From positions 186,001 through 250,000 of the forward strand of contig NMRA01000468.1 in NCBI GenBank assembly GCA_002633005.1: DNA of 64,000 nt, given 5' to 3'. Below the pieces are notes generated by a model. The model ran no database searches. It had not been told where the DNA came from and saw only the letters and a program-made list of their open reading frames with translations. Numbering within the stretch: the stretch's first letter is position 1; the number at the start of each line of letters is the position of its first letter. Source of the DNA: Phoronis australis (taxonomy: Eukaryota > Animalia > Phoronida). The position numbers were made by a program, and so were the translations under genes. Of the stretch, positions 1 to 12,300 are shown piece after piece.

Positions 1-914
1 TGAACGTGGACAGTTGCTTTCCCAGGCACATTGATGGCAGTTTGACTTACTGCAAAATTGCCAGCTTTACAAATAGCACTTCTGAAGCCAGATCCTTAAC
101 TTCCAAGTGCATCCATGCATAGAACAAGAGCACCTTTGTTTAACACCACCTTAATGAGTTTGATGCAGACAGTGAATGTGGTCTAATACCAATTTTCAGT
201 TTGAAAGCAATATGAGGGTGGTGAGAAAACAAACTAAATGCTGGTGAAAATGACCCTTCTGCCTAATCACAATTGTATGTAGCCTTCTCCACAACCTGTT
301 TTGACTCGTTAGTGCGTTGGGTTTGAATTCTGTAGCAACAAGTTTGAAACCTAAGCAATGGGTTTCAAGTATTGGGAGATTAGTCATTTCTTAAGGAAAT
401 TACAACATTTTGGATTTTTAGTATCAGTTCAAAGTATTTATACCAAGACGTCTTAACACACAACTCCCAACAGTATGGACATGGACTTTCGAACATGTAC
501 ATGAATTTTGTAATTCCAGTCGAGTTTGAATTTTCTTTTGCAGAGAACATTGTATTTTCTAACACGTTAAAGGTTTTTGCCACTGAAAAACTGCTAGGGT
601 TTTCACTACACACAAACCTTCCATTTGTGATTACTACATATTCAGACACAAGCAAAGTCCAACACTTGATGCTACAGATGGTCAACTCATTGTACAATAA
701 CAATCAGATATCACATTTCATAACACAAGACTAAGGAAACAATACTTCAGAAGGGGAATGGGCTGCAGCCAACACAAACTAAACAAGTAGAGCTGGAACG
801 AAGCATGCATGAAGCTCCAAGGTCAATTTTCGTTTAACCTTTGCAGGAAGAAATCATCTACAGAATTGTAAGTTTCTGCTGATAACGACAACAGTCATTC
901 GCAGGAGTTCCACA

Positions 915-969
915 TTTTTAGAACCAGTTTTTTTCCGCTGAAGAACAGGCATCAAACTTGTTCTCAAAA
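915..969. repeat. Degenerate copy of the ~57-bp palindromic dispersed repeat
   Basis: ttttagaaccagttt ... aaacttgttctcaaaa. Confidence 0.65.
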
Positions 970-1937
970 CCTGGGGTCCCTGTAAGTAACTACAGTAGAA
1001 TCTCTTTTAATTTTCATTCAAGTGACCATGCTTTGAGGTTCTGAGCGTAACATCCAACCTTGATTGTTTAGATTCTAGATTTAATTGCCATGGAAAACAG
1101 AAACAACACAAAGGAACCTCAGTCCGAGTGTGGGCCATTTCACTTAGCGTGGTTAAAAGATGCACTGTTGGACTTCACAACTTTCACCATAAGATTTCCA
1201 CTGGTTCCAGTGCACAAATCAAATATTTTTACAGTCAACATTATACAATTTAGATTCATTCATTGCCACTTTTTACATATTTAGAAGGACGCTAAAAGAT
1301 TCCGATTTTTCATGCGTCAAGAGAGAGAAATTCTTTTCACTACACGTCAAGAGAAATTCTTTTACACCCAACAGAAAAAGACATGCCTCAGTCATTTCGT
1401 ACAAGCCAATCAATTTCATAAGGCTATTCATCCGGACAAGATGAACCTGGTAATTCTCTGCAAACCGTTCTATTGTGCACGAACATTTCTAACTGTTTTT
1501 GTCAACAGTTCTTTTTAACGCTCCTGCTGTCTAACTTGTTTGAATAACAAGACATACATTCAATATCCCGGACAAAAACTTGACAAGTCAAACAAACGTT
1601 GCTATGTTCAGATATGACAGCTTTTGATTCTGGCTATGAATTAGGAAATTTAAAGTATATGGATTTGACTGTAAGGCCAAGCCTCTGAACTGAAAAAAAA
1701 ACTTGCAACAAAACATTTCGCACATGATCAGCCAACCGAGTTAACAAGGATCACCAAGAGCCAAGTAAATGACATCAGAGTCATCCTTTCTGTTAGTTAG
1801 ATAGTTCGCTAATCAGAATTGTTGCATAGCCAACCTCTGTGAAATGTGACAATGAACTTACAATGATAAAGCATGACTTGAGGATCAAGTTAGTGCCCAG
1901 ATGCAGCAGCTCATAAAGACAAAACCCTACAAGTGCC

Positions 1938-2177
1938 TGGCCTTGGAATGACCAATGACAAAAAAGAGCAAAAATATCCAGGAGGCGTATCATTCCACAA
2001 ATAAAATAGATAGAAATATTTTTGTGCTGTAAAACTTAACTCAAATAAAGGTTTTTGCATAACAAAGTCAAAATAATGATAAAAAAGAGACAAAAAGAGA
2101 GGAAATTCGAAACCAAATAAGAGAAAATCTAAACCAAAAAAGAGGAAATCCTATTAAAACAAGAAAATTCCTAGCTC
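1938..2177. mobile_element. Degenerate copy of the CAGGGCTTGGAAT MITE family
   Basis: ggccttggaatgaccaatgacaaaaaag and agtcaaaataatgataaaaaag align by eye with 11046-11262. Confidence 0.65.
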
Positions 2178-2561
2178 AAAAGTGCATTCAATCCTACAGA
2201 ACCCAATTCTAGCAACTAGCACATAGCACCTAAAAGCTAGGCTCCAGCAAAACAACAACAGGCGCTTTTCAATTGAATGGTTAGCACCACTTGAAAAACC
2301 TAATACGTGAAACATTAATTTACAATCAAGTGATCACTATCCAGCAAGAATATCCTCTGTTTCAATTCAAATATTCTGCATTCAGGAGTGGATCCAAGAG
2401 GGTTTCAAAGGGTCCACACACCCCTCCCCCCAGGTCAGCCACTTTTGTATAACTATAACTAGACCTCACTCTAGTATTGACCCTGGGTCACCCCCTGCCA
2501 GTGATAATACATCATTCTATTGACTGTGCACGTGTAGTTACTAATCATCAATGGTACTCAC

Positions 2562-2619
2562 TCAACATAATATGGTATTCCTTCACTTGTAATAGCTTGG
2601 CTCCACCCAGGGGGCAAAT
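2562..2619 (-). CDS. PLEKHA7: PLEKHA5/6/7-like coding exon 3 (DLPPGWSQAITSEGIPYYVD; WW2 N-half); gene continues beyond the window start
   Basis: gctttgtag acceptor and gtgagt donor; LPPGW...GxxYYVD WW motif; phase 1 to 2. Confidence 0.88.
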
Positions 2620-4086
2620 CTACAAAGCAAAAACATTGAGTCATTAAATATTTTTCAATGTCCCAACCAGCAGAATGTTAATGGAGAACACTTTGACAAC
2701 AGTCAAGGATTTTTAAAACGTGTAACGAATAAAAACGATGAGATTTTTTATGACAGATCATATCAAGCGCTGGTTCATTTTACAAGAACCGAAGACAATT
2801 ACTATATAATTTAGTTTTGTTTCACAGAAAACGGGTCCTAACATTGGGAAATACTCTTAACCTCGAACACATGTAAACAACTGGAAATTTTATAAATCAA
2901 AATAACTTCCAAAATTCAGGTGCGGACGATTTGAGTGGATTGCTCCAATTAATATTCAACTAAAGTTTGGAAGTGATGCAATAAAACGAATCACTGTGCA
3001 TCCTTTTCTAAAAAATGGCTATAAACATACGGTCAAAGAAACTTACTTTGCCACGGCTAAAATTGGATACAGCTAAGTCTCTACTCAGGTGAGAAGTGGT
3101 TTTTGGGCTTGCAAAGACCTTACAATTGATAATTGAATACGACCACGCTTGGCTCAAAAAATGCTCCCCCTCCCCCTGTATTATGACAAGCCCACTTGTA
3201 GACCCTTAAACCAATAATAAACAGTAAGTTCTTTCAAAGTTCAGAAATCAAATTAAATTTGTCAAAGGAAAAATTATCAGACAATTTTTTTAATAAGTGG
3301 TCCAAATCTAACGTTTTTGAAGCCTGAAGTCAATTTTCAGAAATGCATTCAATATGGTAGTTTAAGATGAACTTTCTCCTGAGTGATCGCAACAAATTAT
3401 CCTTCAGGCCGAGAAACCCTAAAGAGGGGGAAAGGATGGGTCCCATTACTGGTTCCCAAGTTTTTTGGCCCTTTTCCCCCATTCCCCCAAATTCGTTTCG
3501 ATCTCAGTCCCAATAGATCTCAATTACCACCCACATTTCCCGAACCACAGCTGCAAAAGGGCCTGATCACGATTGCCAAAAAAACGTTCCCCCCCCCTCT
3601 ACTCCCCTGAGGAGCAACAGCTCATTACCCTTTGTGAATTAGAAAATCAGATATGACCAAATGAATAATCACTTTTCAGCCAAGGTCAGCCTGATAAAAC
3701 ATCAATCAAAACTAATCCTGTGCAGGTGAATAACAGTATTTAGGAAACTAATGGTAAGTGAACAATCAGTGGTCAACAGGTGGGAGTAAAAATATATGCT
3801 GGCATGACTTGGGAGACATGCAAGCTTGTGGTTGACTAAAGTGTTACGTCACCAGCACAACGTGCGGAGTTAAGAAAATGTTTGGGTGACTCTGTGATGA
3901 CTCAGCCGTAAGTCATTTGCTTGTCTGATAAACTGTCAGTTGGTGGATACTGCGATATTGTGATTGTGAACATTAAATTAGATTGTCCAGACAAGAAGTC
4001 TACGGGAATGAGTGAAACTATACGAAACTCATTCTACGTTCCCTGAAATCTATGGACTTTGGCTTTAATCAAAAATGGAAACTCAC

Positions 4087-4160
4087 CGTCCGGCATATCC
4101 AATCCATCTTGAACGGGTTCGCCGATCGGATGAACCCATGTTGTCGTACGGGATCTGTCG
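4087..4160 (-). CDS. PLEKHA7: PLEKHA5/6/7-like coding exon 2 (DRSRTTTWVHPIGEPVQDGLDMPD; WW1 C-half and linker)
   Basis: ctgttttcag acceptor and gtgagt donor after a 94-nt intron; TTWxHP...GEPV as in PLEKHA5/7; phase 2 to 1. Confidence 0.88.
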
Positions 4161-4254
4161 CTGAAAACAGAAACGTGAAATAACAGGTCAGTTGTCGTGT
4201 AACTCATAAGAACTTCGATGCAAAAATAGATCACTCCATTTAACTTATACTTAC

Positions 4255-4343
4255 TCTATAAAAAACACCCTGCCATCAGACATAACCCCGAAATCCCAGT
4301 CCTGGGGCAGAGGTTCTTGAACCAAGCTCTCAAGCCCCGCCAT
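4255..4343 (-). CDS. PLEKHA7: PLEKHA5/6/7 (kramer)-like protein, coding exon 1 (MAGLESLVQEPLPQDWDFGVMSDGRVFFID; WW1 N-half)
   Basis: Start context aacaatATGG and gtaagt donor. LPxxWxxGVxxDGRVFFI matches the N-terminal WW domain of PLEKHA5/PLEKHA7. The symbol denotes the family; the paralog cannot be assigned. Confidence 0.88.
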
Positions 4344-5020
4344 ATTGTTTTGGTAAACGGTCGGACGCACCTGTCCCTAGAGACATCTGGTGGACAGGTA
4401 AAGAACCCCCGAGATAAAAGCCGAATGCCACGGCTTCGCACCCGAGCCACCACGGTGAAACAAAAATGCGTTAACTGAGTAACTGAAGAATACAGCTTGC
4501 ATTCCAGTTCCATTACCGCAGTGACCTATTTAGTTGGAAGTGTTTGCGGTAAAGAAGAAAACCTAACCCGTGTGGCCGCCGACTACAGAATTTTAAGAAT
4601 GACGCGAGAGGCCCAGGCCCAGAGTCACTGACTTCGAAGAACTCCGAAGTTGACAGGGACCTCGGCAGTGTGTACTCCAATAAATTCTTTTAACGAAATC
4701 GCTATTAAATAGTTAATGGCCAGAAGTTTCAGTGGTCATTGCTTCTGAAGTCGCAGGCTCTAGGACCGGGAAAAATCGGGGCGGCGCCGGGGCCGCCCGG
4801 CGCCGCCGGGGGACGGTAGTCACGAATGCCGGGCTGACCCGCAACTTCCCTCCGAAGGGTGCCTTTTCCAGCAATTAAGGATGTCTTTCTGACAATCTCC
4901 CACCAGTTAAAAGACATGAAACTGAACCACGTTTCAAGACTAAAGGGAGCCGTTAATCGTGACCCCGTGAAGCATGACAGCTGGATCCGGGCTTACCTCA
5001 CCCGGGCCGTCTAAAAATGT
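4344..5020 (-). promoter_or_regulatory. CpG/GC-rich 5' region (promoter/5' UTR) of the PLEKHA-like gene; possible non-coding exon donor at 4996
   Basis: Local CpG enrichment against an AT-rich background directly upstream of the ATG; GAG|gtaagc donor-like site at 4997/4996. Confidence 0.5.
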
Positions 5021-5126
5021 CCCAGTACTCTGAACTGAAAAGTTGACTAAATTATGCATGGAAACCATTTTTACCATCCTCCGCTTTCTGCCATGCACAA
5101 CGACTATGTTATCATTCAAGCCCTGG

Positions 5127-5251
5127 CATAGGCGGATTCAGGGGGGTTAAGGGTGTCCGGGCCCCCTTTTTCCATTGATTGTAATGATATCAAATCTAGA
5201 ATTTTCAAATTGTTGACTGGGACCCCCTTAAAAATCCTGGATCCGCCCCTG
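5127..5251. mobile_element. Short MITE with imperfect CAGGGGCGGATCCAGG-type TIRs; related fragment at ~2383-2440
   Basis: cataggcggattcagg ... cctggatccgcccctg (13/16 inverted match); no clear TSD. Confidence 0.6.
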
Positions 5252-6029
5252 CCCCCTAGTTCAAGAAGTGTTCGGATAGCGTGAATGTGTAGATTGTCAT
5301 GTTCATAATAATGTGTAAGCCTATAGTGAAATTTGACCAAATATTGAAAGCATAGAACAGTGTCCCGAGTTTGGAATTAGTTCCCCTAGGTGAACCAGTT
5401 TCGCAACGATGTCATCCTGTGTAGAAGATATTCTCAGACCACACGATGTAATCATGAATCTACGGACTGACCAAGCCTCGTCTTAAATCGTTATCTTATC
5501 CAAACCACGCTTCAAGTAATGACGTATTTTGTGAAAGCTCCCTTAGTTATAATGGTTCCACACCATACAACAAGCTTAGTTTTTTTTGAATGGAAGGCTC
5601 AAATTCGTTGGGCGCCGTGTAATGGCGCTAGTGAGTGTATAAAATGAATGCTTTCAGTTTGTCACCAGACGTCGTTGTACGAAGGGCGTTTCATGCAATC
5701 TGGCACCGATGGGCACGGGTAGCCAACAGACGCCCTTAAGCCGTCTTTCTCCCCTCGTCATGCAGTTTCACGTGGAATTTGATAGCAAGACACTTTTTTC
5801 GGGAATCTGTCTCCAAAAGTCACCTGTCTGAGCACACACCATGCCCACTTACCTCCAGATATAACTTAATCTCAATTGGAATGCAACATGGGATTTTTCA
5901 CCATCAGAATTTACATAATTATGATATTTTTGGGACTGTACAACCAACGATTGGTGATCGGTGCAATGGGCCATACCTGAGCAGTCTGTGCACGTCTTCT
6001 ACATGTACCAGACTGCCTGTACTGTAACT

Positions 6030-9000
6030 ATCTTTTATTTTAACCAATTATTAGAGAGAAATATCACTAACTTTTTTAACACTTTATTTCTTAACACAAA
6101 CACTGAATGATACATTGAAAATACCAATGAAAGCAAAAGTTGAGAACTTTTAAATGTCTAAGACAACTACAAAGCTACTGATGCAGACAACACTTTTTAA
6201 CACTACACTCCATTACAACTCGTCAATATTTTTACCGAGCATGTTCGCGGCTCATCAAACACACCACTGAGGTAAAGCTCTCCATCTTACCAAAACAACA
6301 AGAACCTTAACTACCTCCAGCGAAATTAAACAGAAACTGATACCTAGTCTTGCATGAAATCTGAAATTCTTTAATCCAAACAATTCCATGATTTTAAATA
6401 CATGATTCAGGCTTGCATGTACTAACATTCTCTGAATTGCTTTCAAATTCACCAACAGAGTACGCCACGTGCAGTCCAACACAGGCAGCTCACTATAATG
6501 CATTCACTTCTCAATGTCACCAAGCATTCAATTATATTGACTGGTGTTATTCTCAGCTAAATCCAGAAAACTAGCGACTGTACAACTGATAAACTTATAA
6601 AAAATAAACAACCTTATTCAAGGCGGACAAATACCATAAGCGCTAGAAATAAAGTCTAGAAAAAAATTCACAAACAAAGAGTATAAATATAAAATGTAAA
6701 CATGTATATGGCATTCCAATTGGCTCAGTGTTACACCTCACATCTAGCACTGTTCTTCAATAGGCTCAGATCTTCGGACCACAGTTTTGTTTCAAAGCCT
6801 CCAGCTCATGCTCACACACACACAGGTCTATTGGAAACATGGAACTCCAACACTACCACTGTGTCCGTGGCCACAGACTAATAAAGCCAGGTTTATGAAT
6901 TGCATTGTGACATTCTCACTATACATGTACTGCTGAACAAGCAGGCGTAAATTTAAAAAAATGATACAACAACTTAGCATATGAGTACGGTGATAATACT
7001 GCATAAAGCGTTAAAATCTCGTCATAACCAAGATATCCACCCGAGAGATGCATAATTAACAATAGATTACACAGGAACCTGTATGGCTTAAGGTTGTGTT
7101 GGACCGGAGAAAAATGTCCAGTTGTGGTAGTTTTGGCGCATCACATCTCAGTAATGGCCGACTGGATTCACTTGGAGCAGTCACGTACTATGTTTGACCC
7201 ACTGTTCTCTAAAAGGTTGTTAAGAATTGCCGTTAAAAGTTTCTAATTTTACATGAGGGGATATGAAACATATGTAAATTGCATAAATGAAAATGAAATA
7301 TTAATCAACAGTAACAGCATTTTGAGACTTTATCATGAACATTTATCATGATCATTTATCATGAACATTTATCATGAACATTTATCATGAACATTTATCA
7401 TGAACATTTATCATGATCATTTATCATGAACATTTATCATGATCATTTTTCCTGAGCATTTACCATACGAAAGTCGGCCTTGTTGTTGATCCTGTTGTTT
7501 TACTACAAATGTATCTTTCTCTTAAGAAAGCAAGGTCACGTGACCTAATTAGTGGCAGTGAAATATATCTTTTCGTCGAGTTAAATGCTAGTTTTGTAGA
7601 TATTTGATATTTTGGCTAATCATTCAGACCTGTCGATGAGGTTCAACATAACCTTACGCACAGTCTTATCCGATCAAATTGACCAGTGAAGTAACATCAC
7701 ATGGACGAATGGGACCATCTCCTAACAATACCACTAAAAGGCTAATGACTACAGTTGTACGTCATACAAGTGCAGTGATACATCTCAAGAAGAAATCTAG
7801 GCTATGTACAACTGACGACCATACATCCAGCCTATTTTACAACACAGGCTTGTTTAAATCTTTCCCCACCTCTTCAACAGAACTGCCAGCCAAATACGTA
7901 AACTGTTATATTTCACATTGATAAATATTGACCACACGTACACACTATTAAAAGCAACACTAGAATATTTGTTAGCACAGTGAAATTTACAAGACTCCAC
8001 ACACAGCCAAGACATATCTGTTAGTACAGCGATACACAACCACTTAGAAATCTATAACCTCTTGCTTCACACCACCTTCCCTAAATCACAAACTTCGGTG
8101 TACGTTCGCTAACCCCGACTTTGCAAACAAGGAATTTAGTATGAGCCATCACAGCTAGTCTCCCTAATTGAACAGAGTTCCTCTACAGTGCAATAGAGAT
8201 TGATACACAGAACACGACAACTTGAGTACTGTCATTACATTTAAGCCAGCGTAATAGGTACGTGTAAATACTCAGTAATATAACAGCAGGAAAAAAAACA
8301 AATCATTCATAAATCAATTGGAAAACAATTAGAATCCTACTAAATGAAATTCTCAAAAAATTCAAATGTGACTCCTTGAATAGTATTATTATATTGTTAT
8401 ACCACATTTGTTCCTAATACGGTATTTATTGTGGTAATTGTGAATCAGCTTGCGTATAAAGTTATCGATTTGCGACGATAATGATGTCACTTTCATTCAA
8501 TTTCTTAAAATGAAATAAACAGTTATCTACTAAGAGAAAGAACAAACCAAAGTAAGAGGAATTTTATATAACTCAATTATAAGAATTACAAGAAAAAATG
8601 TCCTCAAAATCTACAGATTATTGTCCCAGTAAATAAGTGTAACAAAACAAATGTTTCCCCACGAGTCTTTAGAGGCAGAACTCGTCCTTCTATGTATCGT
8701 AAACATGAGCACAAGCACACCCAAAGGCTCAGGTTGCCACATGTCTACACACCGCTACTTTCCCATGGTGACAATTAGCTGGTCATATTACCAAAAAATA
8801 GTGCGGAAATGTTGTCAAGGAAAACCCTTATTTTCCGGCTTGAATTCCAGAATTCAAAGCCTTTGCTGATTTAGTTTTTCGAATCCATACTGTAGTGAAT
8901 AATCCACCTACCCTAACACAATTATAATGTTTTGGAAGAATTTAAAGTTATTTACCACTGAAGCTCTGCCACTTCAGCCGAGCAGAGATTGTACAAAGGC

Positions 9001-9208
9001 AGTGCCAGTCTTTTAATATCCAACCTACAGCACTAAAATCGTCAGCAAACAATAGACAATATAAATACTACCCGCTTGTGACGATGGTTTTTGGAGCACA
9101 TAAATCACATGGAAAACAACGTAGGTAGTATGGCACTGAGGTTTTGTTCGAAGCAGCACGTTAAAACAATATCTCGAGACAGATTCTTGCTAATGCCCTA
9201 GAGGTCGC
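6030..9208 (-). other. Probable 3' UTR of the NCAM-like TM isoform; 3' end uncertain
   Basis: Follows the stop codon and has no coding signal. Minus-strand AATAAA (plus-strand tttatt) near 8425, 6083 and 6035. Confidence 0.4.
7329..7465. repeat. 13-bp minisatellite (CATTTATCATGAA)n, ~10 copies, in the putative 3' UTR
   Basis: Direct tandem repeat visible in the sequence. Confidence 0.9.
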
Positions 9209-9307
9209 CTAGAGCGCGGTGGGTGGAGATGTTGTTTTGCCTTCACCACCGCCATCTTTGACCTCCACCTCAACCTTCTTCAAGTCATCGTCATCCTTAG
9301 CATCCTC
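9209..9307 (-). CDS. NCAM: Terminal coding exon (EDAKDDDDLKKVEVEVKDGGGEGKTTSPPTAL*) with class I PDZ-binding motif
   Basis: ttgtccatag acceptor in phase 0; TAG stop at 9211-9209; C-terminal T-A-L. Confidence 0.87.
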   Translation of the reverse strand, partial: EDAKDDDDLKKVEVEVKDGGGEGKTTSPPTAL

Positions 9308-12300
9308 CTATGGACAAGTCAAAGGTTAAAGGTCATACAAGCCACCCGTGTACAACTTTTACAGCCTTAATTAATGCAACTACGCCTTGGGAATCATCAG
9401 AAAGCCTTGTAACAGATTTTCTAATATTCCCAGAAAAGACTACATCAAGACAGGCCTAGTACTAAATAATAAGTGAGGCCTGCTCAATATTATGGAAACA
9501 CTTGGATGACAGATTTTTGGGCACTGCCAGCACAAGGTGTTGCTCAACGTAGAATGAAATTAATTCTCAAAAAGTTCCTTCTAAACAACAACAACAACAG
9601 TCTGTTGCCAGTTTCTATTAATTAGACATGGTCAAGGAAATGTACAATTTTCAACACAAAAAATTGACAAGAGATAAGAATCAAAAAAATTGTTTCACTG
9701 AAAGTTGAAATCTTGCGAGATATTTTCAAAAAATGAAAATTTTGATTAAACAATCGAGTAGAATTGTGGAGCTAGGACAGTTACTCAATTCAGGAAAATC
9801 TGAACAACAAGGGATTAAAGGAACAAATGAGTCTCCCAAAGACAAACATTGAGTATCGTGATTACTTCAACATTGAGCACTTACTGCTTTCTCATCAACA
9901 AGAGCTTTTGAATCCTCATCTTTCTCAGGGTCCTTCTTTTCACTATAAATATAAGACAATTGGCCGTATATAAACACCAATTAAGTGACCACAGGTCAAG
10001 AATTGCATTAATTCTCAACTTATTTCACAAAAAAACAAACTAGCAAAATTACTATTTTTTATACGCTGTATATATATGATGCTTGCTACAAGTCTAAACT
10101 GCTAAGTAATGCTAAACAATGAAACTGACAAACATGACATCCTCCGCAGACATCTGAGTATATTTTCCTGTGTTCATAATTTCACACGATCCCAGAAACC
10201 AAGTGGAGTTTGTTAATTATTGCAGTCAACAAGTACGCCTACATCGCAAATTTGTCATACTTCAGTATGACGTTGATAATTTATTAATTTCTGATACAGC
10301 AAAGCGGTAACATCTCACCAGTCTTAATTAATCAATCAAACAAAATAATTTCCATGATTGACATTCTTAGACATTTGAAACGTCGCAAACTACACGTCAA
10401 GACAAATAAGCCAACATTAGAAAGACTTTTCATTAGTCTAAACTTCAGATTTCTCCACTATGACAGGTGATGAAGCTAGTTAAGGGTTTGGCCAATGGGC
10501 ATTCACTCAGTAGAGACCGACGTGTTAGTGAACATACTCAGTCACAGCCTCTAATACCAATAGATGGCGCTAGAGACAGAAGGTTCCACCTGAATCACAA
10601 ATGGATGCATATGGTGCCCAGAGGCCAAAAAAGATCTTTAGTTTGGGTTTGAAGCAGCAAGAAAAAGTGAAATCACACGTCCGCAGCACCTTCTTAGTAA
10701 AATTCTAATTTTTTCAAGTCTCATACATACAGTTTACATAGTTTCTAATTAATGCAGTCACTTAAAAACTCAGCTATAACCAAGAGCGTGAAATGACCAT
10801 GAATCAGTGGCGTTGGAAGTTCGGAGTGTCACAAATGTCAATGTAATCCAGAAAACACAATAAGTACAATCATACGCAGAACACAAACAGGACATCGAGC
10901 AAGTCAAAATTACTGGGGTTTTAACCAGTCTTACAGACAAGAGAACATGTTTGTGTATTGATAGTCATACCATAGTATCGTTTCTCAGCATACATAATTT
11001 AGTCACAGGGTAAATGATTGAACATACATTACAAAAAATGATAAGCAAGGCTTGGAATGATCCATGACAAAAAGAGGAGAATTTTCCAGGTGATGTATCG
11101 TTACAGAAATATGTTTTGTGTTGTGAAACTTTACAGCAAGAATTTTTTTTGCACAAATTAAGTCAAAATAATGATAAAAAAGGTGAAACTGGAAATCGAA
11201 TAAGATGAAATTGAAACCAAAAAAGAGGAAACTTTCTTAAAAGCGGAAAATTCCAATCCCTGAATAAAGAATGAAACTGAATGGCTTTCACCATTAGAGC
11301 GTGCATAACCGTGTGTAGAAGCAAATATTATACAGCAAGAAGGCTTCAGAGGGAAAGCCAGTGTTTTTGGGTTGTAATCTTAGATACATTTTTCAGTTAT
11401 AGTCACTTACAGGGGTTCTGCATTGTTTTCTCCACTCATTGAATTGTTTCTCAAAATCTGGAACCCTTAAAAGTGACTATTGTCATTTCCTGAGTTATGG
11501 TTTCCCTGGTGGGGCCTTTACCAATGAAGCATGGAAAATAGTGAAGTGAACGTGAACGACTTGGTGTTTGAGAGTCAGTGAACGGTGTTTGCAGGTACGT
11601 GAGTCATGTTCATGCGTCCGTGACCATGTTTTTGAGTCCGTTAACCATGTAGATTAGGTACCTTGAAAAGCCCAAATGGAGCTTCTGCAATCACCTCCAT
11701 TAAGCAAACAACACAGACAGTATTCAATTGCAAGTCAGTCACTGAGTGGTGCTGCACACAAGTAAGCATAAAGTACATAAGGGTCTTTGTTGGGTCCTCC
11801 GTCTGTTAAGCTGTTAACATTCTTTCACTATTGTTGCATGCAAGGGATACCCGAACAGCAAATTAAAGCACTGAAGAATGTATCTTAGATAATCAGTAAC
11901 TTGTAATCTTGGTAAAGATATGGCCACAGACATTGGCTTCCACATCAATGGCAGCAGGCATGATGGCCTGCTGCAGGTATCTCATCAAGAAAATCAGAAG
12001 TCTGTGGCCAATGTATTAATTACATTAGTAAGGGATCAGGATCTGTCTCCCATTTGTTTAGTTACTGTAGGCACCAGCTCTGCCCAGATGTCAAATTGGC
12101 CAAGACCAGTTAAGCTTCCTGCCACATGGCTTGTGACCACAAGCGATTGTTTGCATATGTCAGGAAGTATCAAAGTGCTGGTGTCAAACTACCCAGCTGG
12201 TAATCACTTTCTATGACTCTGTCTAGGAGGACAGTAATATGGTAGGGCTAGTTGATCTGGACCATTTTCGTTCATGTAGACAGTGGTGCAACTATTGACT

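Noticed and set aside
196-734. ORFs at the window start as further PLEKHA-like exons
   Set aside because: No WW C-half (HNxxxTxxxHP) or PH-domain motif was recognised; treated as intron.
2603-2617. CTCF-like ccacccagggggca
   Set aside because: Explained by the codons for LPPGW in PLEKHA-like exon 3.
9161-9211. Stop-codon read-through of the NCAM-like TAG (15 further sense codons)
   Set aside because: TAG-G is not a leaky context and the extension length is within chance.
11411-11457. Apparent exon with a gtaagt donor in the cytoplasmic region
   Set aside because: Immediate TGA in the required phase 2; it overlaps a partial copy of the palindromic dispersed repeat.
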